64,000 nt of DNA from Dehalococcoidia bacterium (GCA_040902505.1 JBBDXE010000032.1:112399-176398); one strand, 5' to 3'. Positions 1 to 9,117 are shown, numbered from the stretch's first letter. The notes: generated by a model from the letters alone, not told the origin. A program made the numbers and translations.

Positions 1-1589
1 TGGCGATCTTCACGCGGTTTAGGCCCTGGGCCTTCGGTCGCACATCCGCCCGCCGCAGCGAAGCGATCGAGGAGGCCGCGAACTGGCAGCGCTCCACGTC
101 GCTGTTCACGCCGGCGCCGGTCGAATACGACCTGGTCACGCAGCTCACCTACATGTCGGCGCTGGCCACGGCGAACGTCGGGCGCGAGCAGCTGTTCGAG
201 AAGACGGCGCAGCTCGGGTACAGCACGTCCGGCTACTTCCACCGCGTGCATCTGGTGGCGCAGCGGCTGAACTACGACTACGCGCGGGCGTGCCAGCTCG
301 TGGCGGACGCCACGCACGACCAGGTCGTACGCAGCCTGCTGCTGCGGTTCTCCAGCTCGCTCTCCGCGGGTGAGCCTGAGACCACCTTTCTGGCGCGCGA
401 GACGGAGATCCAGCTGGAGCAGTATTCCCGGAAGTACGAGCGGGACCTGGATTCGCTGCGGAAGTGGACCGACGCCTACGTGGCGCTGATGGTTTCGGTG
501 ACGCTGGTGGTGGTGGTCTCGCTGGTGTCGATGATGATCTACTCCGTCGGGACGATCTTCATTCTCGGGCTGGCGGTGGTGATGATCGGCATCGCGGTGC
601 TCGGGGATTGGCTGATCTATCGCACGGCGCCGATTGAGCCGAAGACACACAAGCGGGCGATGAAGTCCCGGACGCAGCAGCAGATGCTGACGATGGCCAG
701 GGTACTGCTGCCGGCCGGCGCGCTGATCGGCGCGGTGGTGGGACTCGTCTTCAGCATCGGGGCCGGGATGGTGGCGGCGGCGGTGACCATCTTCCCGGTG
801 GGGGTGTTGGCGTTCCTGGACGACTGGCGGGTCGAGGAGCAGGACCGTGACATGTCGACGTTCCTGCGGTCGCTGGGATCGGTGGTGGGCGCCATCGGCA
901 CGACGGTGACGGACGGGATGGAGCGGCTGAACCAGCGGTCGCTAGGGTCGCTGGAGCAAGGCGTGCGGCGGCTGCACGTGCGGCTGCGCTCCGGGATCAG
1001 GCCGGACCTGTGCTGGCTGCGGTTCGTGTCTGAGACGGGGAGCGAGCTGGTCGACCGGTCGGTGAAGACGTTCTGGGACACGATCAAGCTGGGCGGGGAC
1101 CCCGACCAGATCGGGTACCTCTCGTCGATCTTCGCGCTGAAGGTCTCGCTGATGCGTCAGAACCGCAAGCTGGTGTCACAGACGTTCATGTGGCTGATGC
1201 TGCCGTTGCACGCAGTGCTGATCGCGATCCTGCTGTTCGTGACGGAGGTGATGGTGGTGTTCGCGACGCAGCTGAACGCCATCCAGGCGCAGTCGCTGGC
1301 GGGGAGCGACCTGGCGCTTGAGGGGGGCTTCGACCCCACCAGCGTACTGGCGTTCGCCTCGCCGAACGTCGGCTTCATCCGCGCATTCGCGCTTGTGGTG
1401 ACGCTGGCGCTGACGGTGGTCGACACGTGGGCACCGCACACAGCGGCGGGCGGGCATCACCACAAGCTGTGGGCCTACGCCGCGGTCATGCTGCTGCTGT
1501 CGGGGCTCGGGCTGATGGTGATCCCGTACATGGTGGGGGGGCTGTTCGAGAGCGTATCGAGCGGGCTGGCGGATCCGCCGCCGCAGTAG
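1..1589 (+). CDS. FlaJ/ArlJ- or TadC-like polytopic platform protein with two T2SS-F-type modules (5' end outside the window)
   Basis: The reading frame starting at nt 3 has no stop before 1589, so the ORF-track Met at 153 is internal. The ...LTYMSALATANVGREQLF... module and a second ...STFLRSLGSVVGAIG... module are each followed by hydrophobic helices, the duplicated layout of archaellum/type IV pilus platform proteins. Confidence 0.6.
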   Translation, partial: AIFTRFRPWAFGRTSARRSEAIEEAANWQRSTSLFTPAPVEYDLVTQLTYMSALATANVGREQLFEKTAQLGYSTSGYFHRVHLVAQRLNYDYARACQLVADATHDQVVRSLLLRFSSSLSAGEPETTFLARETEIQLEQYSRKYERDLDSLRKWTDAYVALMVSVTLVVVVSLVSMMIYSVGTIFILGLAVVMIGIAVLGDWLIYRTAPIEPKTHKRAMKSRTQQQMLTMARVLLPAGALIGAVVGLVFSIGAGMVAAAVTIFPVGVLAFLDDWRVEEQDRDMSTFLRSLGSVVGAIGTTVTDGMERLNQRSLGSLEQGVRRLHVRLRSGIRPDLCWLRFVSETGSELVDRSVKTFWDTIKLGGDPDQIGYLSSIFALKVSLMRQNRKLVSQTFMWLMLPLHAVLIAILLFVTEVMVVFATQLNAIQAQSLAGSDLALEGGFDPTSVLAFASPNVGFIRAFALVVTLALTVVDTWAPHTAAGGHHHKLWAYAAVMLLLSGLGLMVIPYMVGGLFESVSSGLADPPPQ

Positions 1590-1600
1590 GAGGAGCAACG

Positions 1601-1972
1601 ATGCGACGCTCAACTTCGCGCAGGGACGGCAAGCCGTCGGACGTTGACGGGTTCTTCCCGCGATCTATGCGGGCGCCGGAACTACAACGGTTCGCTCAGC
1701 CGGGCGACGCCAACGACGCGGAAGAGGATGTGCGCTTCCTCGCCTCGCTTGCGGAGCAGCTCGGCCAGAAGGCGCAGCCGGAGGGACGCGCGCCGACTGG
1801 CACGCCGCCGGAGGAGCCGGAGGATGAGCTGGCCGCGTTCCATGAGGCGCGCCTTGTGCCGCAGAGGCGCGCGATCCCGGCGCCATTGCGCGTCGAGGAC
1901 GTGGCGATGACCGAGCTGATCGATGAGCTGGAGACGACGGCGGCTGCCCTGCGGCTGCGGAAGGCCGCGTAA
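1601..1972 (+). CDS. hypothetical acidic protein (123 aa)
   Basis: ATG at 1601 is preceded by GGAGGAG, 11 nt after the stop of the upstream gene. The longer ORF-track start at 1427 would overlap that gene. No recognisable motif. Confidence 0.45.
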   Translation: MRRSTSRRDGKPSDVDGFFPRSMRAPELQRFAQPGDANDAEEDVRFLASLAEQLGQKAQPEGRAPTGTPPEEPEDELAAFHEARLVPQRRAIPAPLRVEDVAMTELIDELETTAAALRLRKAA

Positions 1973-1977
1973 CGCCG

Positions 1978-2988
1978 ATGATGAGAGGCTGGGCGCGGGC
2001 GCTTCTGATCGCATCGATGCTGGGATGGACGGGCCTGACAGCGAGCCTCGGTGTTGTAGCCGCGCGTGCCGGGAGCGGAGACACAGTCCCAGCCGACGCC
2101 GCGTCCTACGTCGCGGAGGCGGCGCAGGAGTCTGAGGCCGCCTCCGTGGACACAGAGGGCGATCCGGGTGGTCAGCGCGCATCGCAGGCGACCGCCACAC
2201 CGAGGCTCAGCGTCCGCACCAGCGGACGGGCGTACCCGGTACCGGAGTACGCCCTGCCGGGCGGCGTCGACCCGCGGATCCGCCCGGCGGGGCGCACCCC
2301 ACCGAGAGAGCCACAAGCTGACCCGCCCAAGGGAGTTATCGTGCTCGACCCGGGACACGGGCGCGGCGACCCTGGCGCGACGCACTACCTGCCCGACGGT
2401 TCGGGGCGCTGGGACATCACCGAGGCCAACTCCAATCTCCGAAACGCTGAGCTGATCCGCGATGAGCTGGAGCGCATGGGGTACGCGGTCTACCTGACGC
2501 GCGACGGCGAGGGGCGGGGGCCGGGGCGCCCGCTGCCGATGCAGTTCATCGTCTCGGACCTGTTCGCGCGGGTGGCGCTGGCGCAGGCCGTCGACGCCGA
2601 CGTGTACGTGGCGATCCATGGCAACGGGGCGCGGGTGAAGTCGATCAGCGGGCCGGAGACGTGGTACTGCGGCAAGCACGAGCAGGGCAGCGCGAACGAG
2701 CGGCTGGCGACAGTGCTGCAGCAGGCGATGATGGACGGGCTTCACGAGTATGGCTACGACCCGCCCGACCGCGGGATCAAGGAGGACGCCGAGTCGCACC
2801 ACTCCGGGGAGTTCTGCCAGTTCGTGGTCACGCGCGAAACGGCCGTCCCCTCGGCGCTGATCGAGTTCCTCTTTCTCAGCAACGATGAAGACGCACGCGT
2901 GCTGGTGGACGACCGTTCCCACGTGTTGCTGGCGAAGCACATGGCGGCGGCGATCGACGGGTTTCTTCAGGAGCGTGCCGCGCCCTGA
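1978..2988 (+). CDS. N-acetylmuramoyl-L-alanine amidase (Amidase_3 type) with N-terminal signal or anchor
   Basis: Hydrophobic N-terminus ALLIASMLGWTGLTASLGVVAA. Amidase_3 motifs VIVLDPGHGRGDPGA, YVAIHGNG and SALIEFLFLSNDEDARVL. Confidence 0.85.
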   Translation: MMRGWARALLIASMLGWTGLTASLGVVAARAGSGDTVPADAASYVAEAAQESEAASVDTEGDPGGQRASQATATPRLSVRTSGRAYPVPEYALPGGVDPRIRPAGRTPPREPQADPPKGVIVLDPGHGRGDPGATHYLPDGSGRWDITEANSNLRNAELIRDELERMGYAVYLTRDGEGRGPGRPLPMQFIVSDLFARVALAQAVDADVYVAIHGNGARVKSISGPETWYCGKHEQGSANERLATVLQQAMMDGLHEYGYDPPDRGIKEDAESHHSGEFCQFVVTRETAVPSALIEFLFLSNDEDARVLVDDRSHVLLAKHMAAAIDGFLQERAAP

Positions 2989-3170
2989 CCCTGCCACAGC
3001 GTCTTCGGGCGATCTTGCCCGCACGCGACGCCTGGGCCTCAGGCTTCCACAGATGTGCTTGGGGGGGGCCGCCTGCGGCGGACACACGGCCGAGGGCGGT
3101 TATGCCACGCGCTTCGCGCCTCTTTGTGAGAGTCGATGATTGGCTCGGATGCCAGATCTGCGCAACAACG

Positions 3171-3318
3171 CTAGCAGGGTGCTGAAAACCGTCAAGCCGA
3201 ACAGTTGATCTTCCCACCCGCCCGCCCAGTGGGATAGTTGTGGATCCCGGGGGGACACCCCCCGAGCCCCCCGACAAGGGGCTCTGCCCCCTGTACCCCC
3301 TTTTCAGCACCTTGCTAG
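3171..3318. mobile_element. MITE-like or structured 148-bp element bounded by 18-nt terminal inverted repeats
   Basis: CTAGCAGGGTGCTGAAAA at 3171-3188 matches the reverse complement of TTTTCAGCACCTTGCTAG at 3301-3318 in 17 of 18 positions. The interior holds short G/C hairpins (GGGGGGACACCCCCC, GGGGCTCTGCCCC). It sits between convergent genes and its right arm covers the stop codon of the LarA-like gene. Confidence 0.5.
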
Positions 3319-4688
3319 TTGTTCACGCAGACGATGGAGCAGTCAGGACCGTGGAGGCGCTCCGCCTCGGCGATGGCGTCCTCCGCTGAGGGCGCGGCGG
3401 AGAAGCCGAAGCGTGCCGGCACAGCGGGATCCGTGGCGCCGGCGACGATCACGCGTCCCGCGTGGCGCAGCCGGCGCAAGGGATGCGTTGCCAGCACGGC
3501 GTGCACGGGGTGGAACGCGCATCCCTCGCGGTAGCGCTCGATGTACCCGGAGTGGGTGGCGAACTCCTCGCCGAAGCGGGCCATGATCTCGTAGGGGTCG
3601 CGCGTCTCGGGCAGCACGCGGTCCCAGACCTCGCGGTAGGCCGGATGATGCTCCATGTCCCACGTCTCGGGGCAGGGCGAGGCCAGCACGACGGTGCAGC
3701 CGGGTTTGCCCAGCGCCTCGATGTAGCCGCCGAGGTACCCGAGGCCGGACGACACGAGCGTGAGGATGGGGTTCATGCCCGCGAAGACGGCGTAAGGGCT
3801 CCAGGCGGGCAGACCGTAGACGACGACGTCGGCGGGCTCGGCTTGCGAGCGCCGGGGCGGGTTTCGTGACGCCATGACGTCGAGAGCGGCAGCGCGGGTT
3901 TCGGTCACGCCGCCCGCCCACACGTGGGCGACCTTCGTGGGGGAGGCGAGGACGCACTCGATCTTGTAGATGCGCTTGCCCAGCGCCCGCTCCAGGTGCG
4001 CGCCCATCTCGTCGAGGACGTCGTGCATGCGGTTGTTGCGGACGGACATGGACATGCCGTCGGGATGGTGGGTGTGCCGGATCGACCGCCACGTCGATAG
4101 GCCGACGGCGACGGACTTCCAGCCGCCGCTGAAGCCCAGGTGCAGACCGGAGTTCACATAGACGCAGAGGTCAGCCTCGGCAGCGAGGCGGCTCAGCTCC
4201 ACGTCGTAGCCGTGCTGCGGCGTGGTGCCGAGGTTGACGACGTTCGCCGCGTCCTCGGCGTCGTGGCAAATCAGGCGCTCGCCGAGGCGGTCGACGAGCT
4301 CCTGGCCGATGATGGTCGCGATTTCGTCGCGGGTGAACTTGCGGTGGAGCGCGTTCGCACAGATGAGGGTGATGTTGCGTTCCGGCACGCCCGCTTCGGC
4401 GAGCTGCGCCAACACGCCCTCGATCGCCAGCCGGCGGATCGGGCCGTAGGACGTCACGGTGGGGTCGTCGAAGGCGATGACGACGCGGGCGTCCGGGCGC
4501 ACCAGCTCACGGACAGGCGGAAGCCCGAGGGGCCGATCGAGCGCCTCGCGGACGGCCGCCTCCTGGTCGGCTACGGGCTGGAGGCCCCCACCGGCGCGTT
4601 CGCCCGCGCTGCGGGAGATGATCCGGGCACGGGCGGGGACCTCGGCGGTCACGGTGGCCTCGCCGAAGGGCATCGTTACGGATGGCAT
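3315..4688 (-). CDS. LarA-family (nickel-pincer cofactor dependent) racemase/epimerase homologue
   Basis: Start taken at the ATG giving MPSVTMPFGE. LarA-like motifs are present: ANALHRKF, GLHLGFSGGWKS (His plus cofactor-tethering Lys context) and SIRHTHH. Confidence 0.7.
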   Translation of the reverse strand: MPSVTMPFGEATVTAEVPARARIISRSAGERAGGGLQPVADQEAAVREALDRPLGLPPVRELVRPDARVVIAFDDPTVTSYGPIRRLAIEGVLAQLAEAGVPERNITLICANALHRKFTRDEIATIIGQELVDRLGERLICHDAEDAANVVNLGTTPQHGYDVELSRLAAEADLCVYVNSGLHLGFSGGWKSVAVGLSTWRSIRHTHHPDGMSMSVRNNRMHDVLDEMGAHLERALGKRIYKIECVLASPTKVAHVWAGGVTETRAAALDVMASRNPPRRSQAEPADVVVYGLPAWSPYAVFAGMNPILTLVSSGLGYLGGYIEALGKPGCTVVLASPCPETWDMEHHPAYREVWDRVLPETRDPYEIMARFGEEFATHSGYIERYREGCAFHPVHAVLATHPLRRLRHAGRVIVAGATDPAVPARFGFSAAPSAEDAIAEAERLHGPDCSIVCVNN

Positions 4689-4766
4689 GGCGCCGTCATA
4701 CCACCGGCAGCGGGGCCGGCGCAAACGGCTGTGCCGCTGCGCGGCGCTCGGATACAGTAAAGCTCC

Positions 4767-5606
4767 ATGCCTGAGACCGGTGGCCTGCTGGCAATCTTCG
4801 CGCATCCCGACGACGAAACGCTCGTCGCGGGGACGATGGCGCGCTATCGAGACGCGGGGCTGGCGGTGACAATGGTCTGCGCAACCCGCGGCGAGGTGGG
4901 CGAGATCGCGCCGGGCACCGGGGCCACGCCGGAGACGCTGGGGGAGTTCCGCGAGCAGGAGCTGCGCGACGCCTGCGCGGCCGTCGGTGTAGGTGATGTG
5001 CGCTTCCTGGACTTCCGCGACTCAGGCATGCGCGGCACACCGGAGAACGACGACCCGCGGAACCTCCACATGGCGCCGGCGGACCGGGTGGTGGAGCCGC
5101 TGGTGCGGGCGATCCGCGAGCTGCGTCCCCGCGCCATCGCCACGTGGGACGAGAGCGGCGGGTATGGCCATCCCGACCACATTGCGGTGCACTATCACGC
5201 GACGGCAGCGTTCCATGCTGCGGCAGACCCGTCACACGCGGCCTCGGCGGGAGAGCCGTGGCGCACGAACGCGCTGTTCTACAGCGTCATCCCCTTCGAG
5301 GAGTTCGGCCAGGTGATGGAGGAGATGCGCGCCCAGGGCGTAGAGATCGACCCTCCCGGCGACGCCGAAGCGCTTGCGGCGCTACCACGCGTGCCGGCGA
5401 ACTGCATCATTGACGTCAGCGCGCAGTACGCGCGCAAGATGCAGGCGATGGCTTCGCACCGGACGCAAGCGGGCGACATGGACCAATTCTTCAAGATGCC
5501 GGACGAGCTACGGCGGCGGATCTTCGGGCGGGAGTGGTACCACCGGACAGCGCCAGCGGTCTCGCCCGGCAAGATGCTCGACGACCTGTTCTCCCGTCCC
5601 GCGTAG
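4767..5606 (+). CDS. PIG-L/LmbE family N-acetylglucosaminyl deacetylase
   Basis: LLAIFAHPDDETL and GYGHPDHIAVH zinc-site motifs typical of the MshB/BshB/LmbE family. Confidence 0.8.
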   Translation: MPETGGLLAIFAHPDDETLVAGTMARYRDAGLAVTMVCATRGEVGEIAPGTGATPETLGEFREQELRDACAAVGVGDVRFLDFRDSGMRGTPENDDPRNLHMAPADRVVEPLVRAIRELRPRAIATWDESGGYGHPDHIAVHYHATAAFHAAADPSHAASAGEPWRTNALFYSVIPFEEFGQVMEEMRAQGVEIDPPGDAEALAALPRVPANCIIDVSAQYARKMQAMASHRTQAGDMDQFFKMPDELRRRIFGREWYHRTAPAVSPGKMLDDLFSRPA

Positions 5607-5835
5607 CGCCGGACGGAAGGGGCGCCGCCCTCAGGACGACGACGCCCCTCCCGACCGTGCACCTCGCCGCCGGCGTTCCCGCCTCCTCGTGGCCGCGCCC
5701 GCCCTCGTCGGCCGCCCGACCACCGCCACCGTCTCGCGTCCGGGCACCGGCTGTCCCGCCGGCGCTTCCTCCTCGACGGCGGCCGCGGGTGCAGCGGCGA
5801 CGGTGAGCGCGACGATTCGCTCGACCGCCCGGCGC

Positions 5836-6048
5836 CTATCGAGGATCAGCATCGAGCGCGTTGATCTCCTGGCGGACGATCTGGCTGACGCGCTGGCGGG
5901 TGACGCCGAAGTGCTCGGCCAGCCGGGACTGAAGCCCCCACCGGCCGCCGTTGCCGGCGACCCCCCGCTTAATCAGCACGCGGGCGGCGATCCTCAGCTT
6001 CTCCGTACGGGTAAGGTCCTCCTCTGCGTATGCCCTCGCTGTCGACAT
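5836..6048 (-). CDS. small helix-turn-helix DNA-binding protein (70 aa)
   Basis: Strong RBS AAGGAGGG 5 nt upstream of the ATG. The segment LAEHFGVTRQRVSQIVRQ is HTH-like. Confidence 0.6.
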   Translation of the reverse strand: MSTARAYAEEDLTRTEKLRIAARVLIKRGVAGNGGRWGLQSRLAEHFGVTRQRVSQIVRQEINALDADPR

Positions 6049-6213
6049 CCGTGCCCTCCTTGCGCCCGATCCTGGGCGGTCCCTACCGATTGCGCGCTGT
6101 GATCAGCAGCACAGACGACTGTAATGACAACCCTATGACAAGCTGCGTGGGCGCCTCTTACGGGCTATTTCAAATCTGTCTCTAGGCTATCCGAAGCGCG
6201 AACGAGAGGACTC

Positions 6214-7368
6214 ATGGCCGCGGCCTATCCCGTCTCAGGGGGCGCCGGTACGCTGTGGCGCTTCCTGAGACCAGAAAGGCGGCCCCGTCTGAGCAGCGAG
6301 TTTTTGCACACGCCGATCACGCGCTTCCAGCCGAAGGCGGACGCCACGCTGCGCTCCTTCGTCGAGGCGCTGGGGGGGACGGGGGGGCAGCCGCGGCGGC
6401 TGGCGTCGGCAATCTCGCTGTGGGACGCGATGCTCAGCCGGGAGCGGGTGATCTTCTGTGCGATCGCGGGGGCGCCGGTGCCGCTGGGGTTCGGGCCGGC
6501 GATCGCTGCGCTGGTCGAGCGAGAGCAGATCGACGTGCTCGATATCACGGGCGCGCAGCTCACGCACGACATGCTCGAGATCATCGGGGCGAAGCACTAC
6601 CAGGGGCACGTCAACGCCGACGACGTAGCACTCGCCCGGGAGGACGTGAACCGCTTCTGGGACACGTTCGGGGAGGAAGCGGACTACCGCCGCGTGGAGC
6701 CGATGATCTTCGAGCTGGCGGAGTCGCTGCCGGACCGCCCGATGACGACGCGCGAGTACATCTACCGGATGGGGCTGTATTTCGGTGAGCGCGCGCAGCA
6801 GCCTGGCATCCTCACAGCCGCGGCGACGGCAGGCACGCCGGTGTACTGTCCGGCGATCGGGGACTCGGTGCTGGGCATGGACCTGGGGTTCTTCCGGGCT
6901 GCGAAGGGCGGCCGCATCGTCTTCGACGTGGTGCAGGACGTCCTCGAGATGGCGGCGATTGTGCTGCTAGCGGAGGAGCGGGGCCTTCGCACATCGACGG
7001 TGATCTTCGGTGGCGGGGCGCCACGCAACCACATCCAGCAGTCGCAGATCGGGTCGTACATGTTCTCGACGAAGAGCAAGGGGCACGCGGAAGCGCTGCG
7101 CTTCAGCATCGAGCCGGCGGAGACGGGGGCGCTGTCCGGCTCCACGATCTCGGAGGGCATCAGTTGGAAGAAGTTCGACCCGGAGGTGGAGTCGGCGGAG
7201 GTATTCCTCGACTCGAACCTGTCGATCGCGATCGCATCGTCGGTGCTCCAGGCGCGGTCAGCGGCACGGCGTTTCCGGTTCCGGCACGAGGACGACGGCA
7301 CGCTGACGGCGATCTGCGACGGTGAGAGCTACAACCTGTCGCAGAAGTACGGGTTCCCGCCAAACTGA
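6214..7368 (+). CDS. deoxyhypusine synthase-like protein
   Basis: DHS family signatures FGGGAPRNHIQQ and GALSGSTISEGISWKKF (equivalent to the SGA..EAVSWGK lysine region). RBS GAGAGGA upstream. Confidence 0.75.
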   Translation: MAAAYPVSGGAGTLWRFLRPERRPRLSSEFLHTPITRFQPKADATLRSFVEALGGTGGQPRRLASAISLWDAMLSRERVIFCAIAGAPVPLGFGPAIAALVEREQIDVLDITGAQLTHDMLEIIGAKHYQGHVNADDVALAREDVNRFWDTFGEEADYRRVEPMIFELAESLPDRPMTTREYIYRMGLYFGERAQQPGILTAAATAGTPVYCPAIGDSVLGMDLGFFRAAKGGRIVFDVVQDVLEMAAIVLLAEERGLRTSTVIFGGGAPRNHIQQSQIGSYMFSTKSKGHAEALRFSIEPAETGALSGSTISEGISWKKFDPEVESAEVFLDSNLSIAIASSVLQARSAARRFRFRHEDDGTLTAICDGESYNLSQKYGFPPN

Positions 7369-7432
7369 TGCTGCTTCCGATCCGGCATGGTGAGCACCGG
7401 ATGATGGCTCCCCAGCGGCCCATGGTTGCCTG

Positions 7433-8695
7433 ATGGCTCAAGATCCCGCACCCCTGCGTTCTCGCGCGCTCCCGCGTCTCGTGCGCCCCCTCCAGGAGTT
7501 CCTTTCGACGGAGACGCTCGGCGGGGTGCTGCTGCTCGCGGCAGCGGCGGTAGCGCTCGCCTGGGTAAACATCGCATCCGACAGCTATACAGACTTCTGG
7601 GGCAGGCACGCCAGCATCGACCTACCCGGGCTGCGCATCGAAGAATCGCTCCGGGAGTGGGTGAACGACGGACTGATGGCCGTCTTCTTCTTCGTCGTCG
7701 GGCTGGAGATCAAGCGCGAATTGCTGGAAGGCGAGCTGGCGGACCGCAGACGGGCCACGCTGCCGGCCGTGGCGGCGCTTGGCGGCATGGTGGTGCCGGC
7801 GTGCATCTACCTGGCGTTCAACGCGGGCGAATCGGGCTCACGGGGGTGGGGCATCCCGATGGCGACGGATATCGCCTTTGCGGTGGGGGTGCTGGCGCTG
7901 CTGGGCCGACGCGTCCCGCTGGCGCTGAAGGTGTTCCTGCTGGCGCTGGCTATCGTCGACGATCTGGGCGCGATCGCGGTCATCGCCATCTTCTACACGG
8001 AGGAGCTTTCGTACGGGTGGCTGGCCGCGGCGGCCGGGCTGTTCGCGCTCACGGCCGCCTTCAGCCGGCTCGGCGTGCGTAACGTCCTGGTCTACGCGGC
8101 GGTCGGGGTCGTGGCCTGGGTGGCGGTGCTGGAGTCCGGCGTCCACGCGACCATCGCCGGGGTGGTGATGGGGCTGCTGACGCCGACCCGTCCGCACATC
8201 GAGGGGTCGGAGGAGTCCGTCCTGGGGCGGCTGGAGCACACGCTGCATCCGTGGACGAGCTTCGGGGTGATCCCGGTCTTCGCGCTGGCGAACGCCGGGG
8301 TGGAGTTGGGGGGCGACGCCATCGCGGACGCCGTGCGATCGCGGGTGACGGTGGGGGTGTTGTTGGGGCTCGCGGTCGGCAAGCCTGCGGGGATCCTGCT
8401 GTTCTCGTGGCTGGCGGTGAGGGCGGGGCTGGCCGCGCTGCCGGCGCGGACGGGATGGGCGCAGGTCGCCGCGGCGAGCATGATCGCGGGGATCGGCTTC
8501 ACCGTGTCGCTGTTCATCGCCGAGCTGGCGTTCAGCGACGCGGCGCTCGTCGACGACGCGAAGATCGGGATCTTCGCCGGGTCGGCGCTGATCGGCGCCG
8601 CGGGCTTCGTCCTGATGCGGCTGCTGCCACTGCAGACCGGAGGCGATGCGGGCGGGGAGGTGGGGTTGGCCGACGAGGCATCGAGCGGTACGTGA
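7433..8695 (+). CDS. nhaA: Na+/H+ antiporter NhaA
   Basis: Polytopic protein with the NhaA signature LLALAIVDDLGAIAVIAIFY (paired Asp) and FALANAGV. Confidence 0.9.
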   Translation: MAQDPAPLRSRALPRLVRPLQEFLSTETLGGVLLLAAAAVALAWVNIASDSYTDFWGRHASIDLPGLRIEESLREWVNDGLMAVFFFVVGLEIKRELLEGELADRRRATLPAVAALGGMVVPACIYLAFNAGESGSRGWGIPMATDIAFAVGVLALLGRRVPLALKVFLLALAIVDDLGAIAVIAIFYTEELSYGWLAAAAGLFALTAAFSRLGVRNVLVYAAVGVVAWVAVLESGVHATIAGVVMGLLTPTRPHIEGSEESVLGRLEHTLHPWTSFGVIPVFALANAGVELGGDAIADAVRSRVTVGVLLGLAVGKPAGILLFSWLAVRAGLAALPARTGWAQVAAASMIAGIGFTVSLFIAELAFSDAALVDDAKIGIFAGSALIGAAGFVLMRLLPLQTGGDAGGEVGLADEASSGT

Positions 8696-8724
8696 CAACG
8701 CTCCGGTGACGGCCGGAGCGTTGT
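8695..8724. terminator. bidirectional terminator-like hairpin between convergent nhaA and the zinc-ribbon gene
   Basis: Perfect 12-bp stem ACAACGCTCCGG / CCGGAGCGTTGT with a 6-nt loop. It starts at the last base of the nhaA stop codon. Confidence 0.55.
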
Positions 8725-8748
8725 GCGATGATCTATCGGCTCTGCGCT

Positions 8749-9117
8749 CTAGACGGCGCGCTCTCCGCGGTCGTCGGTGGCGGTAGCGCCACGGATCTTG
8801 GTGTAGCAGCTGCTGCAGTACACGGGGCGGTCGCCGCGGGGCTGGAAGGGCACCTCGGTCATCATGCCGCACTCGGCGCAGGTGGCGGGGTGCATCTGGC
8901 GGGGGTTGCGCCCGCCGAAGCTCGCGAAGACGCCGTAGCGCACGTAGCCCTCTTCGGGCTCGTTGGTGCGGGTGGACTTCCGCGCGGAGCGGCAGGACGG
9001 GCACCGCACCGGCTCGTTCATGAGGCCCTTGTTGGCGTAGAACTCCTGCTCACCGCCGGTGAATGTGAAGTTCTGGCTGCAGTCGCGGCAGACGATGGTC
9101 TTGTCAGAGAAGCTCAA
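8749..9117 (-). CDS. zinc-ribbon domain protein (CxxC...CxxC repeated)
   Basis: Start taken at the TTG at 9117 preceded by GAGGGA, giving (M)SFSDKTIVCRDCSQNFTFTGGEQEFYANKGLMNEPVRCPSCR, plus a second CAECG...CSSC pair. The ORF-track start at 9171 is an alternative. Confidence 0.65.
   Translation of the reverse strand: MSFSDKTIVCRDCSQNFTFTGGEQEFYANKGLMNEPVRCPSCRSARKSTRTNEPEEGYVRYGVFASFGGRNPRQMHPATCAECGMMTEVPFQPRGDRPVYCSSCYTKIRGATATDDRGERAV

Noticed and set aside
1696-3087. 463-aa minus-strand ORF
   Set aside because: It is antisense to the amidase gene and the small upstream ORF. The product is Arg/Pro-rich with no motifs.
2876-3310. 144-aa minus-strand ORF starting MLKRGYRGQSPLSGGSGGVPPG
   Set aside because: It starts inside the inverted-repeat element and runs antisense into the amidase gene. 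Gly/Pro-rich ORFs of this kind are typical artefacts of repeat elements.
5631-5852. 73-aa minus-strand ORF overlapping the 3' end of the HTH gene
   Set aside because: It is Ala/Arg-rich low complexity with no RBS and a 17-nt overlap. It cannot be distinguished from a random high-GC open frame.
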